NCBI GenBank assembly: GCA_963841735.1
Contig: CAWJDT010000001.1
Coordinates: forward strand, 1,632,001 to 1,696,000
DNA: 64,000 nt
DNA from: an uncultured Actinomycetes bacterium
GTDB taxonomy: Bacteria; Actinomycetota; Thermoleophilia; RBG-16-64-13
Direction of reading: 5' to 3'
The translations under genes and the position numbers were made by a program. Under the pieces are notes generated by a model that was not told where the DNA came from, did no database searches, and worked only from the letters and a program-made list of their open reading frames with translations. This document shows positions 1 to 9,540 of this stretch, one piece after another (position 1 is the stretch's first letter; each line of letters opens with the position of its first letter).

Positions 1-1898
1 CGAGGGCCTCACGCGTGGCCGACCGGGCCACGCCTGGCCAACATGGCCCCGGAGTACGGCGCCACCTGCGGTTTCTTCCCCGTGGACGGCGAGACCGTGA
101 AATACCTGCGCCAGACCGGGCGTCCCGAAGAGCTCTGTGCTCGGGTGGAAGCCTACTGTCGCTCGCAAGGGATGTTCAGAGAGCCTGGTTCCCCCGATCC
201 GGAGTACTCACAGGTGGTGGAGCTCGATCTGGCCGAGGTGCGGCCCAGTCTGGCCGGTCCGCGGCGGCCCCAAGACAGGGTGCCGTTGGAAGACATGTCC
301 AGGAGATTCCACCAGGACTTGCCCACGCTATCCAAAGGCCGGGAGTACGAAGCCAAGGCTAAGGTGGAGCTTGAGGGCAGGCGGGAGGTCGTCCGCGACG
401 GCGACGTGGTGATAGCGTCCATCACCAGCTGCACCAACACCTCCAACCCGGCGCTGATGCTGGCGGCCGGGCTGCTGGCCCGCAAAGCGGTGGAGCTGGG
501 GCTGGCGCCCAAACCGTGGGTGCGCACGAGCATGGCTCCGGGCTCGCGGGCGGTGACGGGCTATCTGGCCGAGGCGGGGCTGCTGGAGCCGCTGGAGAAG
601 CTGGGGTTCGGCAATGTGGGCTACGGCTGCGCCACCTGCATCGGCAACAGCGGTCCCTTGCCGGCCGACCTGGAGCGGGCCATCAAGGACGAGGGCCTGG
701 TGGTGGCGGCGGTGCTGAGCGGCAACCGCAACTTCGAGGCGCGCATCCACGCGGCGGTGCGGGCCAACTACCTGGCCTCGCCGGCTCTGGTGGTGGCGTA
801 CGCGCTGGCGGGGACCGTGGATATCGATCTGAGCTGCGAGCCACTGGGCACGCGGAGCGACGGGCGGCCGGTGTATCTGAGCGACCTGTGGCCTTCGGCG
901 GACGAGGTGGCGGCGCTGGCGGCCGGGGCGCTGCGTCCGGAGTTGTTCCGGGCGGAGTACGAGCGGGCGCTGGTGGGCACTGAGGCTTGGCAGGAGTTGG
1001 CGGTGCCGGGCGGAGCGCTCTACGAGTGGGACGAGGCGTCCACCTACGTGCGCGAGGCGCCGTTCTTCGAGGGTGTGGCGCCGCAGCCGGTCGCTCCGGC
1101 CGACATCCAGGGGGCGCGGGTGCTGGCCGTGCTGGGAGATTCGGTGACCACCGACCACATCTCGCCGGCCGGATCGATCGGCGCCGACACTCCGGCTGGC
1201 CGCTATCTGCTGGAGCAAGGCGTGGCCAGGGAGGACTTCAACACCTACGGCAGCCGCCGCGGCAACCACGAGGTGCTGGTGCGGGGCACGTTCGCCAACG
1301 TGCGGCTGCGCAACCTCATGGCCGGGGGCCGGGAGGGCGGTTGGACGACGCACCAGCCCTCCGGTGAGGTGATGGCCATCTACGATGCGGCCGTGCGGTA
1401 CCGGGAGGCGGCCGCGGTTACGGTGCCGTGCGAGACGGTGCAGCCGGCTCGGTGCCGCTGGTGGTGTTCGCCGGCAAGGAGTACGGCACAGGCAGCTCGC
1501 GCGACTGGGCGGCCAAGGGCGCGGCGCTGCTGGGCGTGCGGGCGGTGATCGCCGAGAGCTTCGAACGCATCCACCGCGGCAATCTGGTGGGCATGGGCGT
1601 GCTGCCGTTGGAGTTGCCGACCGGGGTGACGGTGGCGAGCCTCGCGCTCGACGGCTCGGAAACTGTGGACGTGGAGGGGATCGCGGCCGGTCTGACGCCC
1701 GGGGCGACGGTGACGGTGCGCATAGGGCGAGCGGCCCCGGCTGGCGACGCGGACCTGACCCACGGTGCCGCGCCGCGCGAATTGGTGCTCACCTGCAGGG
1801 CTCGCATCGATTCCACGCTCGACGCTGAGTACTTCCGGCACGGGGGCGTGCTGCCCTGCGTGTTACGGCTGAAGCTGGGGGAGGCCGAAAGGGCCTAG
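1..1898 (+). CDS. acnA: Aconitate hydratase AcnA, 5'-truncated by window edge, frameshifted near 30-40 and ~1440
   Basis: Motifs [50 protein letters not shown] (ORF 43..1548) and [28 protein letters not shown] (ORF 1428..1898). Confidence 0.95.
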
Positions 1899-2039
1899 CG
1901 GACTTCGCGGAGCTGTCTGGTGAGTGCGTTCAAATCCAGTATCCCCCACGGCGAAGACCACCCTGGCCCCGACGATCATCAGCCAGCGGGGCTCTCTTCG
2001 TCGAAAGGCATGCTGGCCTATCTCCCCGCCGTTCGGCTC

Positions 2040-2861
2040 CTACCCACGCAGGGGACCCTGTGTGAACTCTTCATCGAGGCGACGACCCATCGCTGCCGCG
2101 GCGGAGTGAAGCTTGTCCGCATAACGCTCGAGATGAGCATCGTCAAACCGCTCCGGTGGGACGTGTAGGCCGAGCGCGCCGACGAGGTTGCCCTTGGAGA
2201 AGATGGGCACCGCAACAGCCGCCCGGCCCTTTGAGCGCTCCTCGCACGAATATGCTATTCCCTCGGCGGCCGTTTTCGCGAGCAGCGCCTCGAGTGCCTT
2301 CGGGTCGGTCACAGTGTGCTCGGTGTAGCGCACCGCGGGTACGTCGAGAACACGCCTGCGAGTCTCCTCATCCGAATACGCCAGATGCACCCGGACTTGC
2401 GCGTTCCAGACCTCGGTGAGCGGCCGGGCTGAGTGGGCTGGGATCAGTTGGGCAAACCCACTGGAGGAGGGGATGACGTTGGTCATCAGCAATTGGTCCC
2501 CGGTGCGCAGGGCAAGAGACGCGCCTTCGCCGGTGATGTCTGCCAGTAGCCCTAGGTCGCGTTCAAGGATCTGGGCAAGGATGCTGTTGCCGCCGAGGGC
2601 GAACAGAGCCACGGCGAAGGTGGGGCCCACCCTGTACTGGCCGGTGTCGTCATCCTGGGCCAGATAGCCCTTGCTCTGCAGCGTCTTGACAAAGCGATAG
2701 ACCGTTGCCGGGTTGAGTCCGGTGCGACGGCCGAGTTCCGCAAGGCTGAGGCTGGGGTCTCTGGCGGTGAACTGGCTCAGGATGTCGAGTCCGCGCGAGA
2801 GCGCCTGCACGGGTGCCGGCCCGTTCCCCGCCGCTCTGGGTCTGGTGGCTTTTGCAGTCAC
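2040..2861 (-). CDS. IclR family transcriptional regulator
   Basis: N-terminal HTH VQALSRGLDIL...LSLAELGRRTGLNPATVYRFVKTL; C-terminal effector domain (AVAVPIF...VGALGL). GTG start at 2861 chosen from GGGAG RBS. Confidence 0.9.
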   Translation of the reverse strand: MTAKATRPRAAGNGPAPVQALSRGLDILSQFTARDPSLSLAELGRRTGLNPATVYRFVKTLQSKGYLAQDDDTGQYRVGPTFAVALFALGGNSILAQILERDLGLLADITGEGASLALRTGDQLLMTNVIPSSSGFAQLIPAHSARPLTEVWNAQVRVHLAYSDEETRRRVLDVPAVRYTEHTVTDPKALEALLAKTAAEGIAYSCEERSKGRAAVAVPIFSKGNLVGALGLHVPPERFDDAHLERYADKLHSAAAAMGRRLDEEFTQGPLRG

Positions 2862-2945
2862 TTGGCGCTCCCGCTCGTGGGTTCTCCCTACCGACAACAC
2901 ACCATACCTTACTCCGGTTGACCCAGGTAGGCCATGCTGCTAAGG

Positions 2946-2982
2946 TTGCAGCATACGCAAGCGACCCTTGCGCATAGTGCAA
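2946..2982. promoter_or_regulatory. Pair of TTGC-N7-GCAA palindromes, putative IclR operator
   Basis: ttgcagcatacgcaa (2946-2960) and ttgcgcatagtgcaa (2968-2982) in the divergent intergenic region. Confidence 0.55.
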
Positions 2983-3013
2983 TACAACGGCGATATTGGG
3001 ATGGAGAGGTGGC

Positions 3014-4198
3014 ATGAGCAAAAGCAGATTGTGGACTGCGTTCTTGACCGTCGCATTGGTGCTGGCCTTGGTCGTGGCCGCCGCTGCCTTGGCAGCGTGT
3101 GGCGGCGGAGAGGCCACGCAGGAAGTGACTTCTACGACGGTCTCGCCCGCGGCGGCCGAAACCACGACAACCGAGACGGCCGAGGTCATCACGGAACTAG
3201 CATTCAATACTGAAGTAGTGGGTGATTCCATAGGTGTCCTTGGCTTGGGCGCGGGGCCCAAGTTCTGGCCCGACAGGAATGGGACGGCTTTTGTGCTGTT
3301 CGCGGACGGCGCTCAATACATGATCGACTGTGGGCCGGGTACTCCACAGGCCCTATACGATCTTGGCCAGGGCTTTTCAAAACTGCAGAACGTATTCCTT
3401 ACCCACCTACACTTCGACCACACCGTCGGGTACGCGGACCTGCTGGCTCGGGGGTATCAGACTAGGGATCCGAACCCGGCCGGGGCCGCGAGCCCCCTCG
3501 TGAAACTGACCGTCTGGGGCCCTCCGGGGACTCAGGCCCTCAGCGACGGCTTCATGGCAGGCCTGGGCGTAGGTTTCGACCTGCATAACTGGCAGCGGAA
3601 AGAGGGCAGCCCGTGGCTGGAGCCCACCACCAATGAGATCAACCTGCCCGAAACCGGCATCGCGCTGGTGTATGAGGACAGGCACGTGAAGGTCACCGCG
3701 ACTCGCGTGGACCACGACGTCGACGTTGCCGACGCATACGCCTATCGCTTCGATATCCTGGCCGGTCCTTCGGCGGGCAAGTCCGTCGTGTTTTCGGGCG
3801 ACAGGGCCGAAAACAACGTGAACCGTGACGAGGCCACCAACGCGCAGTTCCGCGCGCAGTTCAGGGAGCTGGCCCAGGGCGCAACGGTCTTGGTACACGA
3901 AGTGGGCGAGGCCGCGTGGGCCAGCCAGATCGCCGATCCGAACAGCGGCAACCCCGTCCAGGTGGCTCTCTACTATCATCTCGTCAACTCCCACACCGAC
4001 GTTAACGAGATCCCAGCTCTGGCGAAGGAGCTGAACGTAGGCACGGTGGTCCTGAACCACTACGGCAACATCGGCCTCGACTACACGCTTCAAGGGGCGC
4101 GAGACGTCATCTACCAGGACGTGATGAAGGCCAACGAGACGGCCGGCTACACGGGCACGATCATCGCTCCCATGGAAGGGCAAGTGATCCCCTTCTAA
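3014..4198 (+). CDS. MBL-fold metallo-hydrolase (RNase Z/AtsA-like) lipoprotein
   Basis: Lipobox LAAC after hydrophobic stretch, Thr-rich linker, IDCGPG, THLHFDH, VFSGD, LVHE, SHT, LNHY motifs; GAGAGG RBS. Confidence 0.88.
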   Translation: MSKSRLWTAFLTVALVLALVVAAAALAACGGGEATQEVTSTTVSPAAAETTTTETAEVITELAFNTEVVGDSIGVLGLGAGPKFWPDRNGTAFVLFADGAQYMIDCGPGTPQALYDLGQGFSKLQNVFLTHLHFDHTVGYADLLARGYQTRDPNPAGAASPLVKLTVWGPPGTQALSDGFMAGLGVGFDLHNWQRKEGSPWLEPTTNEINLPETGIALVYEDRHVKVTATRVDHDVDVADAYAYRFDILAGPSAGKSVVFSGDRAENNVNRDEATNAQFRAQFRELAQGATVLVHEVGEAAWASQIADPNSGNPVQVALYYHLVNSHTDVNEIPALAKELNVGTVVLNHYGNIGLDYTLQGARDVIYQDVMKANETAGYTGTIIAPMEGQVIPF

Positions 4199-4229
4199 CC
4201 CACAAAGGCGTAGACGGCGAAGCGACGAC

Positions 4230-4265
4230 GAGGGCCTCCGCTTGGATCTCCGGGCGGTGGCCCTC
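4230..4265 (+). terminator. GC-rich hairpin after MBL gene
   Basis: gagggcc-t-ccgc-ttgg / ccgg-gcgg-t-ggccctc stem; no U-tract. Confidence 0.45.
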
Positions 4266-4801
4266 GCCACGAACCACGCGGCAGAGTCCGAGGTGCAGCG
4301 ATGAGGACCCTCGAGACAGACAACGCACGAGAAGCCGCTGCCGTCCTCAGGGAGCTTTGCAGGAAGCATGAGAGCCCACTGGACGTTGACCATTTCGACG
4401 CCGGGCGGCAGGTTCGACTGGCTTCTGTGAAAGAGTGGGAGCCGCGCGGGTGTTCGCCCGTTCCGCAATAAGGGTCATGGGTTCTGATCAAGAATCGCCT
4501 CTTGCTCCCCGAGAGTCCTGGCTCGAGCACTCACCGCTGTCCAACGCCGGTATACAATGAAAAGCGCTCGCACAATGATCACAAGAGCAGTGAGATGAGA
4601 ATCTCCACCAACCATCGTCCAGCGTCGAGGTGGCTGTGGATAGGACCGAGTTCATCTGTCGGGGACGGAGCCGGCCTTTGCGGCGGAATCGTGGCGACGC
4701 CTCAGGTGGCGCCAGCCGCCTACGTCGGAAGAGTTGACGGAATGGCTCTTCTGCCCGCATTACGGCGTTCTAGCCAGCAGCGGCTACCGGCGGCATCTTG
4801 A

Positions 4802-5884
4802 GTGGCAAGCGGCGTGGACAAATCCCCCTCCAAGCTGAGCAGATACGTGCGCGTGCACTGGCTCACTTGGCTGGCCTACGGGATCTCGATCGCCGGGCTT
4901 GGCTATGTGATCTGGAACCTGCGTCTGCCCCAGCTCAAGGCCGACCTGGCGACGGCAACCTGGTGGCTCGTCTTGGTGGCGGTTCTCCTTGATGTCTCAC
5001 CCCGCTTGCTGGAGGCGGTGCGCTGGAAGTATCTGCTAAGGCTTGTGGTTGTCGGCTACCGCTTTGTTCTGCAAGCCATCTACGTGGGGACGCTCTACAG
5101 CGCTATCCTGCCGCTTTCGAGCGGGGAGTTTGTGCGAGGTGTGATGGTCTCGTCGCGCGCTCGGACGTCGTTCGCCTCCGTGCTCTCGACACAGGTAGTC
5201 GAGCGTATCTGCGACTCGATGGCACTGATCCTGTTGGTTTGGGTCACGGTCGGGGGACTGGCTTTGCCTCTGTCAATGCAGATCGCCATGGGAGGTCTCG
5301 AATCACTCATCGTACTGGCCCTGGGCGTTGGTTTCATCATCTACCTGCGGAGGAAGGGCTTCCACGCTCGGCTCGAATCCTCGCAACCGTCGGGCAGAGC
5401 GGGCCGCTGGTTCAAGTCGGTGGTGCTTGGAATGCGGGCCAGCGCAATTCGAATCACACCCCGCGGCCTGTTTGTTGCCGTCTTCACGGCCATCGGCATA
5501 GTCGCCCTTCGCGCAGGCGTCCTGTGGTTGCTCCTGGCCGCATACCACATCGACCTTTCTTACCTGCAGGCGGCTGGGCTCTTCGCCCTTATCAGTGTGG
5601 GCTCATTCCTGCCCAGCGCCCCCGGCAAAGTGGGGTCGTGGCAGTTCTTCTGCGCCCTCGGACTGACGTTGTTCGGCGTTGCGGAGCCCGAGGCAGCGGG
5701 CTTTAGCTTGGTCGCGTACGTCTTCTGGACTCTGCCCCCCATGCTCATAGGCTTGGGGGCGTTGGCCGCATCGCCTTTCTCTTGGTCGGAGCTGCGTCCA
5801 AGGCACAAGATGACACTGCTGGAGACGGACCAGCCAACAAGCCAGCAGGACGACGCGGAGGTTCGTGCAGAACGCCTAGGGTGA
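4802..5884 (+). CDS. Lysylphosphatidylglycerol synthase TM / UPF0104 flippase-like membrane protein
   Basis: Multiple TM segments with RWKYLL, LPLSSGEFVR, VERICD, PSAPGKVG motifs. Confidence 0.85.
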   Translation: MASGVDKSPSKLSRYVRVHWLTWLAYGISIAGLGYVIWNLRLPQLKADLATATWWLVLVAVLLDVSPRLLEAVRWKYLLRLVVVGYRFVLQAIYVGTLYSAILPLSSGEFVRGVMVSSRARTSFASVLSTQVVERICDSMALILLVWVTVGGLALPLSMQIAMGGLESLIVLALGVGFIIYLRRKGFHARLESSQPSGRAGRWFKSVVLGMRASAIRITPRGLFVAVFTAIGIVALRAGVLWLLLAAYHIDLSYLQAAGLFALISVGSFLPSAPGKVGSWQFFCALGLTLFGVAEPEAAGFSLVAYVFWTLPPMLIGLGALAASPFSWSELRPRHKMTLLETDQPTSQQDDAEVRAERLG

Positions 5885-5952
5885 CGGGTAGCGGCGGCCT
5901 CGTGTCCCTCGCTTCTCGCCTCGCTTCGCCAGAGGACCGTTTGTCCTCTACC

Positions 5953-6339
5953 CTAGACCATGCGGGCGGCGAACATCCCGAGTACTACCATTGCGATTCC
6001 AAGCACCGCATTGAGAAAGATGTTGAGTGTCGCCAGTCCCCAGCTTCCATTTCGAAGAAGCCTCATCGTCTCGACCGAGAACGTGGATAGGGTCGTGAAT
6101 GCCCCAAGAAACCCAGTGAAGATGAGCAACTCGACCGTTGGTGATAGCACCAAACGTCGCTCCAGCAGGCCGACCAGCAGACCCGCCAGCAAGCAGCCGA
6201 CCAGGTTGACGGCGACGGTGCCCACAGGAAACCGAGTACTAAAAAGGCGGGTGCCGGCAAGAGTGGTCAGATAGCGAAGAGCTGCCCCGACGCTGCCGCC
6301 GCCTGCGACCGCTACGATGCTCACCAGGGGTTGTGGCAT
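5953..6339 (-). CDS. crcB: Fluoride efflux channel CrcB/FluC
   Basis: GGSVGAALRY, FPVGTVAVNLVGC, TGFLGAFTTLSTFS; ATG 6339 with GGAAGGAG RBS; fluoride riboswitch upstream. Confidence 0.96.
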   Translation of the reverse strand: MPQPLVSIVAVAGGGSVGAALRYLTTLAGTRLFSTRFPVGTVAVNLVGCLLAGLLVGLLERRLVLSPTVELLIFTGFLGAFTTLSTFSVETMRLLRNGSWGLATLNIFLNAVLGIAMVVLGMFAARMV

Positions 6340-6388
6340 GCGCCTACTCCTTCCACGCGGCCAGAATAGCCTGGCCGAATCAATAGAG

Positions 6389-6440
6389 GTAGGCGTCATC
6401 AGCGTGTAGAGACTGCGGTTAAGGCGAACGCCATCGCCTG
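6389..6440 (-). ncRNA. Fluoride riboswitch (crcB motif)
   Basis: Minus strand reads GGCGATGGCGTTCGCC-TTAACCGC...GCTGATGACGCCTAC, matching the fluoride riboswitch consensus, directly upstream of crcB. Confidence 0.95.
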
Positions 6441-6572
6441 TAGGGCTAACCCTACGGTCAAGTATAGCGGGCTCTCAGAAAAGCAGGTTGGGGCCGGAAT
6501 GGGAAGGCATCTTGGCCACCCGCGACGCTGACGAGCTCGACAGTTCGCTCTGACACTCTCGCCTCTGTGCCG

Positions 6573-8753
6573 CTAGAACACCAGCGGATCGGCCACCAAG
6601 TCGCTCACCCGCACTGCGCCGCGCACTGAATTGCCCACCAGGATCTCGTCGGCGCTCAGTAGGTGTTCCAGGGTGAGCGATCGCTCCTTGGCACCCTTTT
6701 GCTCCAGGAACCAAGCTCGCCAAATGCCGGGCAAGAGCCCGTCGCTCAGCGGAGGCGTGGTCCATTCTTGGCCAAAGCGGGCGAAGATGTTGGTGATGGC
6801 GCCCTCGGTGATGTGGTCGAGACGGTTTACGAACAGGGCGTCGAAGTGGCCCTCGTGCCGGGCTCGTCTGTGTTCCCGGTTGTAGAAGCCGCGGACGCTG
6901 GTCTTATGGCGTAAGAACGGGTCGTCGGGATCGGTACGGAAGGGTGATACCAGCAGGGTGACGGGCGGGGAGCCGGCACGAGCCGGGCTGTGGCCGGACG
7001 TGGGGCCGCCGTCCCCCGGGCCGCCGGTGCTGCCGGGTGGCTTGGGCATATCCCGAGTGGTGAGGCTGAAATTGGCAGCGCCGTCTAGCTCGATGCGGAC
7101 CACGGAGACATCCGGAGTGACCCTGGCCAGACCGATGAGGATCTCCCGGGCCGCCTCCGTATCGAACGGCACTCCCAGGGTCGCGGCCGAGGCGGCCATG
7201 CGGGCGAGGTGCTCATCGGCGAAGAGGTAGCGGGCCAATACTGCGGCGTCGCTTAGAGTAAGCGACGGACTCAGGCCATCAAGGCCCCTTGTGTACTCCA
7301 CTGTCTGGTCGCCTTCGCGGGCCTCGAGCAGGAGGGTCTCAAAGAAGTAGGCGCCTTCCGCGGGGGTCTCGGCCGAAACGGAGCTCTGTGGGGCGAATGC
7401 CGCCCGCAGGCGTTTCGCCGGATCCGGCCGCCAACCGCCGGTGGCCAAGTTCGGCTTGGAGGCCGGAGGCGTGGCGAAGGTGGCTTTGGTGAGGGTTTCC
7501 TCGAACTCGGCCACTGGTTCGGAGTCCCATACCACTCCCGAACCGGTGCCCAGCGTGCAGTGTCCCTTTCGGTGCAGAATCGTGCGGATGGCGATGTTGC
7601 ACGTGAAGTCCCTCCCCGGGGAGAAGAGTCCTACCGTTCCGGTGTAGACGTCTCGGGACTCGGTCTCGAGGTCGGCGATGATCTCCATGGTGTGGTGCTT
7701 GGGGGCGCCGGTGATGGAGGCCCCCGGGAACATGGCCTCCATGATGTCGGGCAGCGTGGCCCGGGGGTTGACGTCTCCCACCACCGTGCTGACCATCTGC
7801 CAAACGGTGCGATAGGGCTCCACCGCGTAGAGCGTTGGCACGCGCACGCTACCTGCGCGGCATACCCGGCCGAGGTCGTTGCGCACCATGTCGACGATCA
7901 TGAGGTTCTCGGCCCGCTCTTTCTCGGTCTCGGCCAGCTCGTAGGCCAAGGCCACATCTTTGGCGTGAGTTGTACCCCGGGGTCTGGTGCCCTTCATGGG
8001 TCGGCTCTCCAACCGGCGGCCGTCGCGGCGCAAGAACATCTCGGGCGAGAGGCTGACCACTTGGGCGTCGCCCAGGTCGAGATAGGCGGCGTACGGCACC
8101 TGCTGGCGGATCACCAGGGCTAGAAAGTAATCTAGGGGGTCGATGGCGCCGGTGGAGGCCGCGTCGGCTGGGGCCGCGCCGCGCTCCGCCGCCTCGCCGG
8201 GCATGGCCCCAGTCGTTCCCAGCGGGAACCGGCCCCGCACGGTGTAGTTCACCTGATAGGTGTCGCCGGCGGCGATGTAGGCGCGCACCCGGGTAATCGC
8301 GGCGACGTACTGCTCCCGGGAGACGCTCAGCTCGGGCTCGATTTGGGCAAGCGCCTGGGCGACCCGGGACACGTCCAACCGGTCCAGATGCGCGCGCCAC
8401 TTCTCGTCCGGTACCACCGTGGCCGACTCCGGCGGGTAGACCGCCATCCAGGCCGGCGGGAGCGCGTCGGGGCCGGGGTCACGGACAGTCAGCCCGAAGA
8501 CCGCACCGGCTTCATAGGCCAGGTAGCCGGCGACGTAGCGGCCCCGTTCCTGCTCGGCCTCCACCTCCGCGAGCAACCCAGGGATATCTCGCGGCTTGTC
8601 GGCCACCAGGATCCGACAGGGGTCGCAGAGCACGAGGGCTGCGCCTGGCGGAGTGGTCTCTCGCGGACCTCGGGGAAGCCAGGATCCTCCACCGGCGAAG
8701 AGGGCGGTTCCGCGCCCTCGGGGCCAGGGCCCGCTAGGAGGTGTATCCGGCAA
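6573..8753 (-). CDS. pabB: Aminodeoxychorismate synthase component I fused to class IV aminotransferase/ADC lyase (PabB-PabC)
   Basis: GDTYQVNYT, SPEMF, RPMKGT, KERAENLMIVDMVRNDLGR, FPGASITGAPK, NIAIRT; C-terminal RHKTS, TEGAITN, GLLPGI, NSVRG. Confidence 0.92.
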   Translation of the reverse strand: MPDTPPSGPWPRGRGTALFAGGGSWLPRGPRETTPPGAALVLCDPCRILVADKPRDIPGLLAEVEAEQERGRYVAGYLAYEAGAVFGLTVRDPGPDALPPAWMAVYPPESATVVPDEKWRAHLDRLDVSRVAQALAQIEPELSVSREQYVAAITRVRAYIAAGDTYQVNYTVRGRFPLGTTGAMPGEAAERGAAPADAASTGAIDPLDYFLALVIRQQVPYAAYLDLGDAQVVSLSPEMFLRRDGRRLESRPMKGTRPRGTTHAKDVALAYELAETEKERAENLMIVDMVRNDLGRVCRAGSVRVPTLYAVEPYRTVWQMVSTVVGDVNPRATLPDIMEAMFPGASITGAPKHHTMEIIADLETESRDVYTGTVGLFSPGRDFTCNIAIRTILHRKGHCTLGTGSGVVWDSEPVAEFEETLTKATFATPPASKPNLATGGWRPDPAKRLRAAFAPQSSVSAETPAEGAYFFETLLLEAREGDQTVEYTRGLDGLSPSLTLSDAAVLARYLFADEHLARMAASAATLGVPFDTEAAREILIGLARVTPDVSVVRIELDGAANFSLTTRDMPKPPGSTGGPGDGGPTSGHSPARAGSPPVTLLVSPFRTDPDDPFLRHKTSVRGFYNREHRRARHEGHFDALFVNRLDHITEGAITNIFARFGQEWTTPPLSDGLLPGIWRAWFLEQKGAKERSLTLEHLLSADEILVGNSVRGAVRVSDLVADPLVF

Positions 8754-9459
8754 AGCTCTCCGTCACAATCTGTGTCAAGGGGATGCTCAATGCGGCGATG
8801 ACCTTCTCCATGGCCACTATCATGGCCGGCGGCCCCACCACGTAGTACGTCCAGTCTTGGGGCTCGCCCAGCTCGGCGCGCACAATGTCGGCGGTGATGA
8901 ACCCCCGGTGGCCCTTCCAAGTCTTCTTGGGCGCGGTGATCACGTATGCCAGACGCAGCCCCGGTACGACGCGGGCGAACTCCTCGAGCTCCTTCTTGTA
9001 GAGGATGCCGCTCTCGGTCATCGATCCGTAGAACAGCACAAGTTCTTGTCCCGCTATCCTGCCGGCTCCCGCCGTGTCGGCCAGGTAGCGCAGCATGCTC
9101 CGCACGGGAGTGATGCCTACACCTCCCGTCAAGAAGGCGATCTTGGGCGTCTGGGACTGGAAGACAAAGCGGCCATAGGGTCCGTCGAAGGTGGCTTCGC
9201 CTCCCAGGGGTAGAGCGTCGAGAGCATTCTTGAACGCCGATCCGGTCAATCTGGTGGTCAGCTCTACGTGATCCTCGGTGGGGGAGTCGGCGTGGCTGAA
9301 GTGGTGCTCCAGCGGGCCCTCCGGCGATGGCACGGTGATCGCGAAGTGCTGGCCCGGCACGAACGCGTAGTCGGGCGGCCGGGAGAACCGGAAGCTGGCG
9401 GTGTCGGCGCCGTGGGGGATCTTCTCGAGCAATGTGCCGGTGAAGGTCATGGGTGCCAT
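8734..9459 (-). CDS. FAD-dependent oxidoreductase, ferredoxin-NADP reductase-like
   Basis: FVPGQH, DGPYGRF, GGVGITPVRSML, YVVGPPAM, ESFAGY; AGGAGG RBS before ATG 9459. Confidence 0.9.
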   Translation of the reverse strand: MAPMTFTGTLLEKIPHGADTASFRFSRPPDYAFVPGQHFAITVPSPEGPLEHHFSHADSPTEDHVELTTRLTGSAFKNALDALPLGGEATFDGPYGRFVFQSQTPKIAFLTGGVGITPVRSMLRYLADTAGAGRIAGQELVLFYGSMTESGILYKKELEEFARVVPGLRLAYVITAPKKTWKGHRGFITADIVRAELGEPQDWTYYVVGPPAMIVAMEKVIAALSIPLTQIVTESFAGYTS

Positions 9460-9540
9460 GGGTGTGAGCCTCCTGGCGGAGTTCCGCGTAGTCGTAGCTC
9501 CTGCGAGATAGAATAGCAGCCGCATCCGACCGGAGGAGTC

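Noticed and set aside
4192-4310. attC site after the MBL gene (ttctaac over the stop codon, gcgaagcg, ggtgcagcga)
   Set aside because: No terminal GTTRRRY and no complementary L box.
4635-4643. DnaA box-like tgtggatag
   Set aside because: Single imperfect copy, expected by chance.
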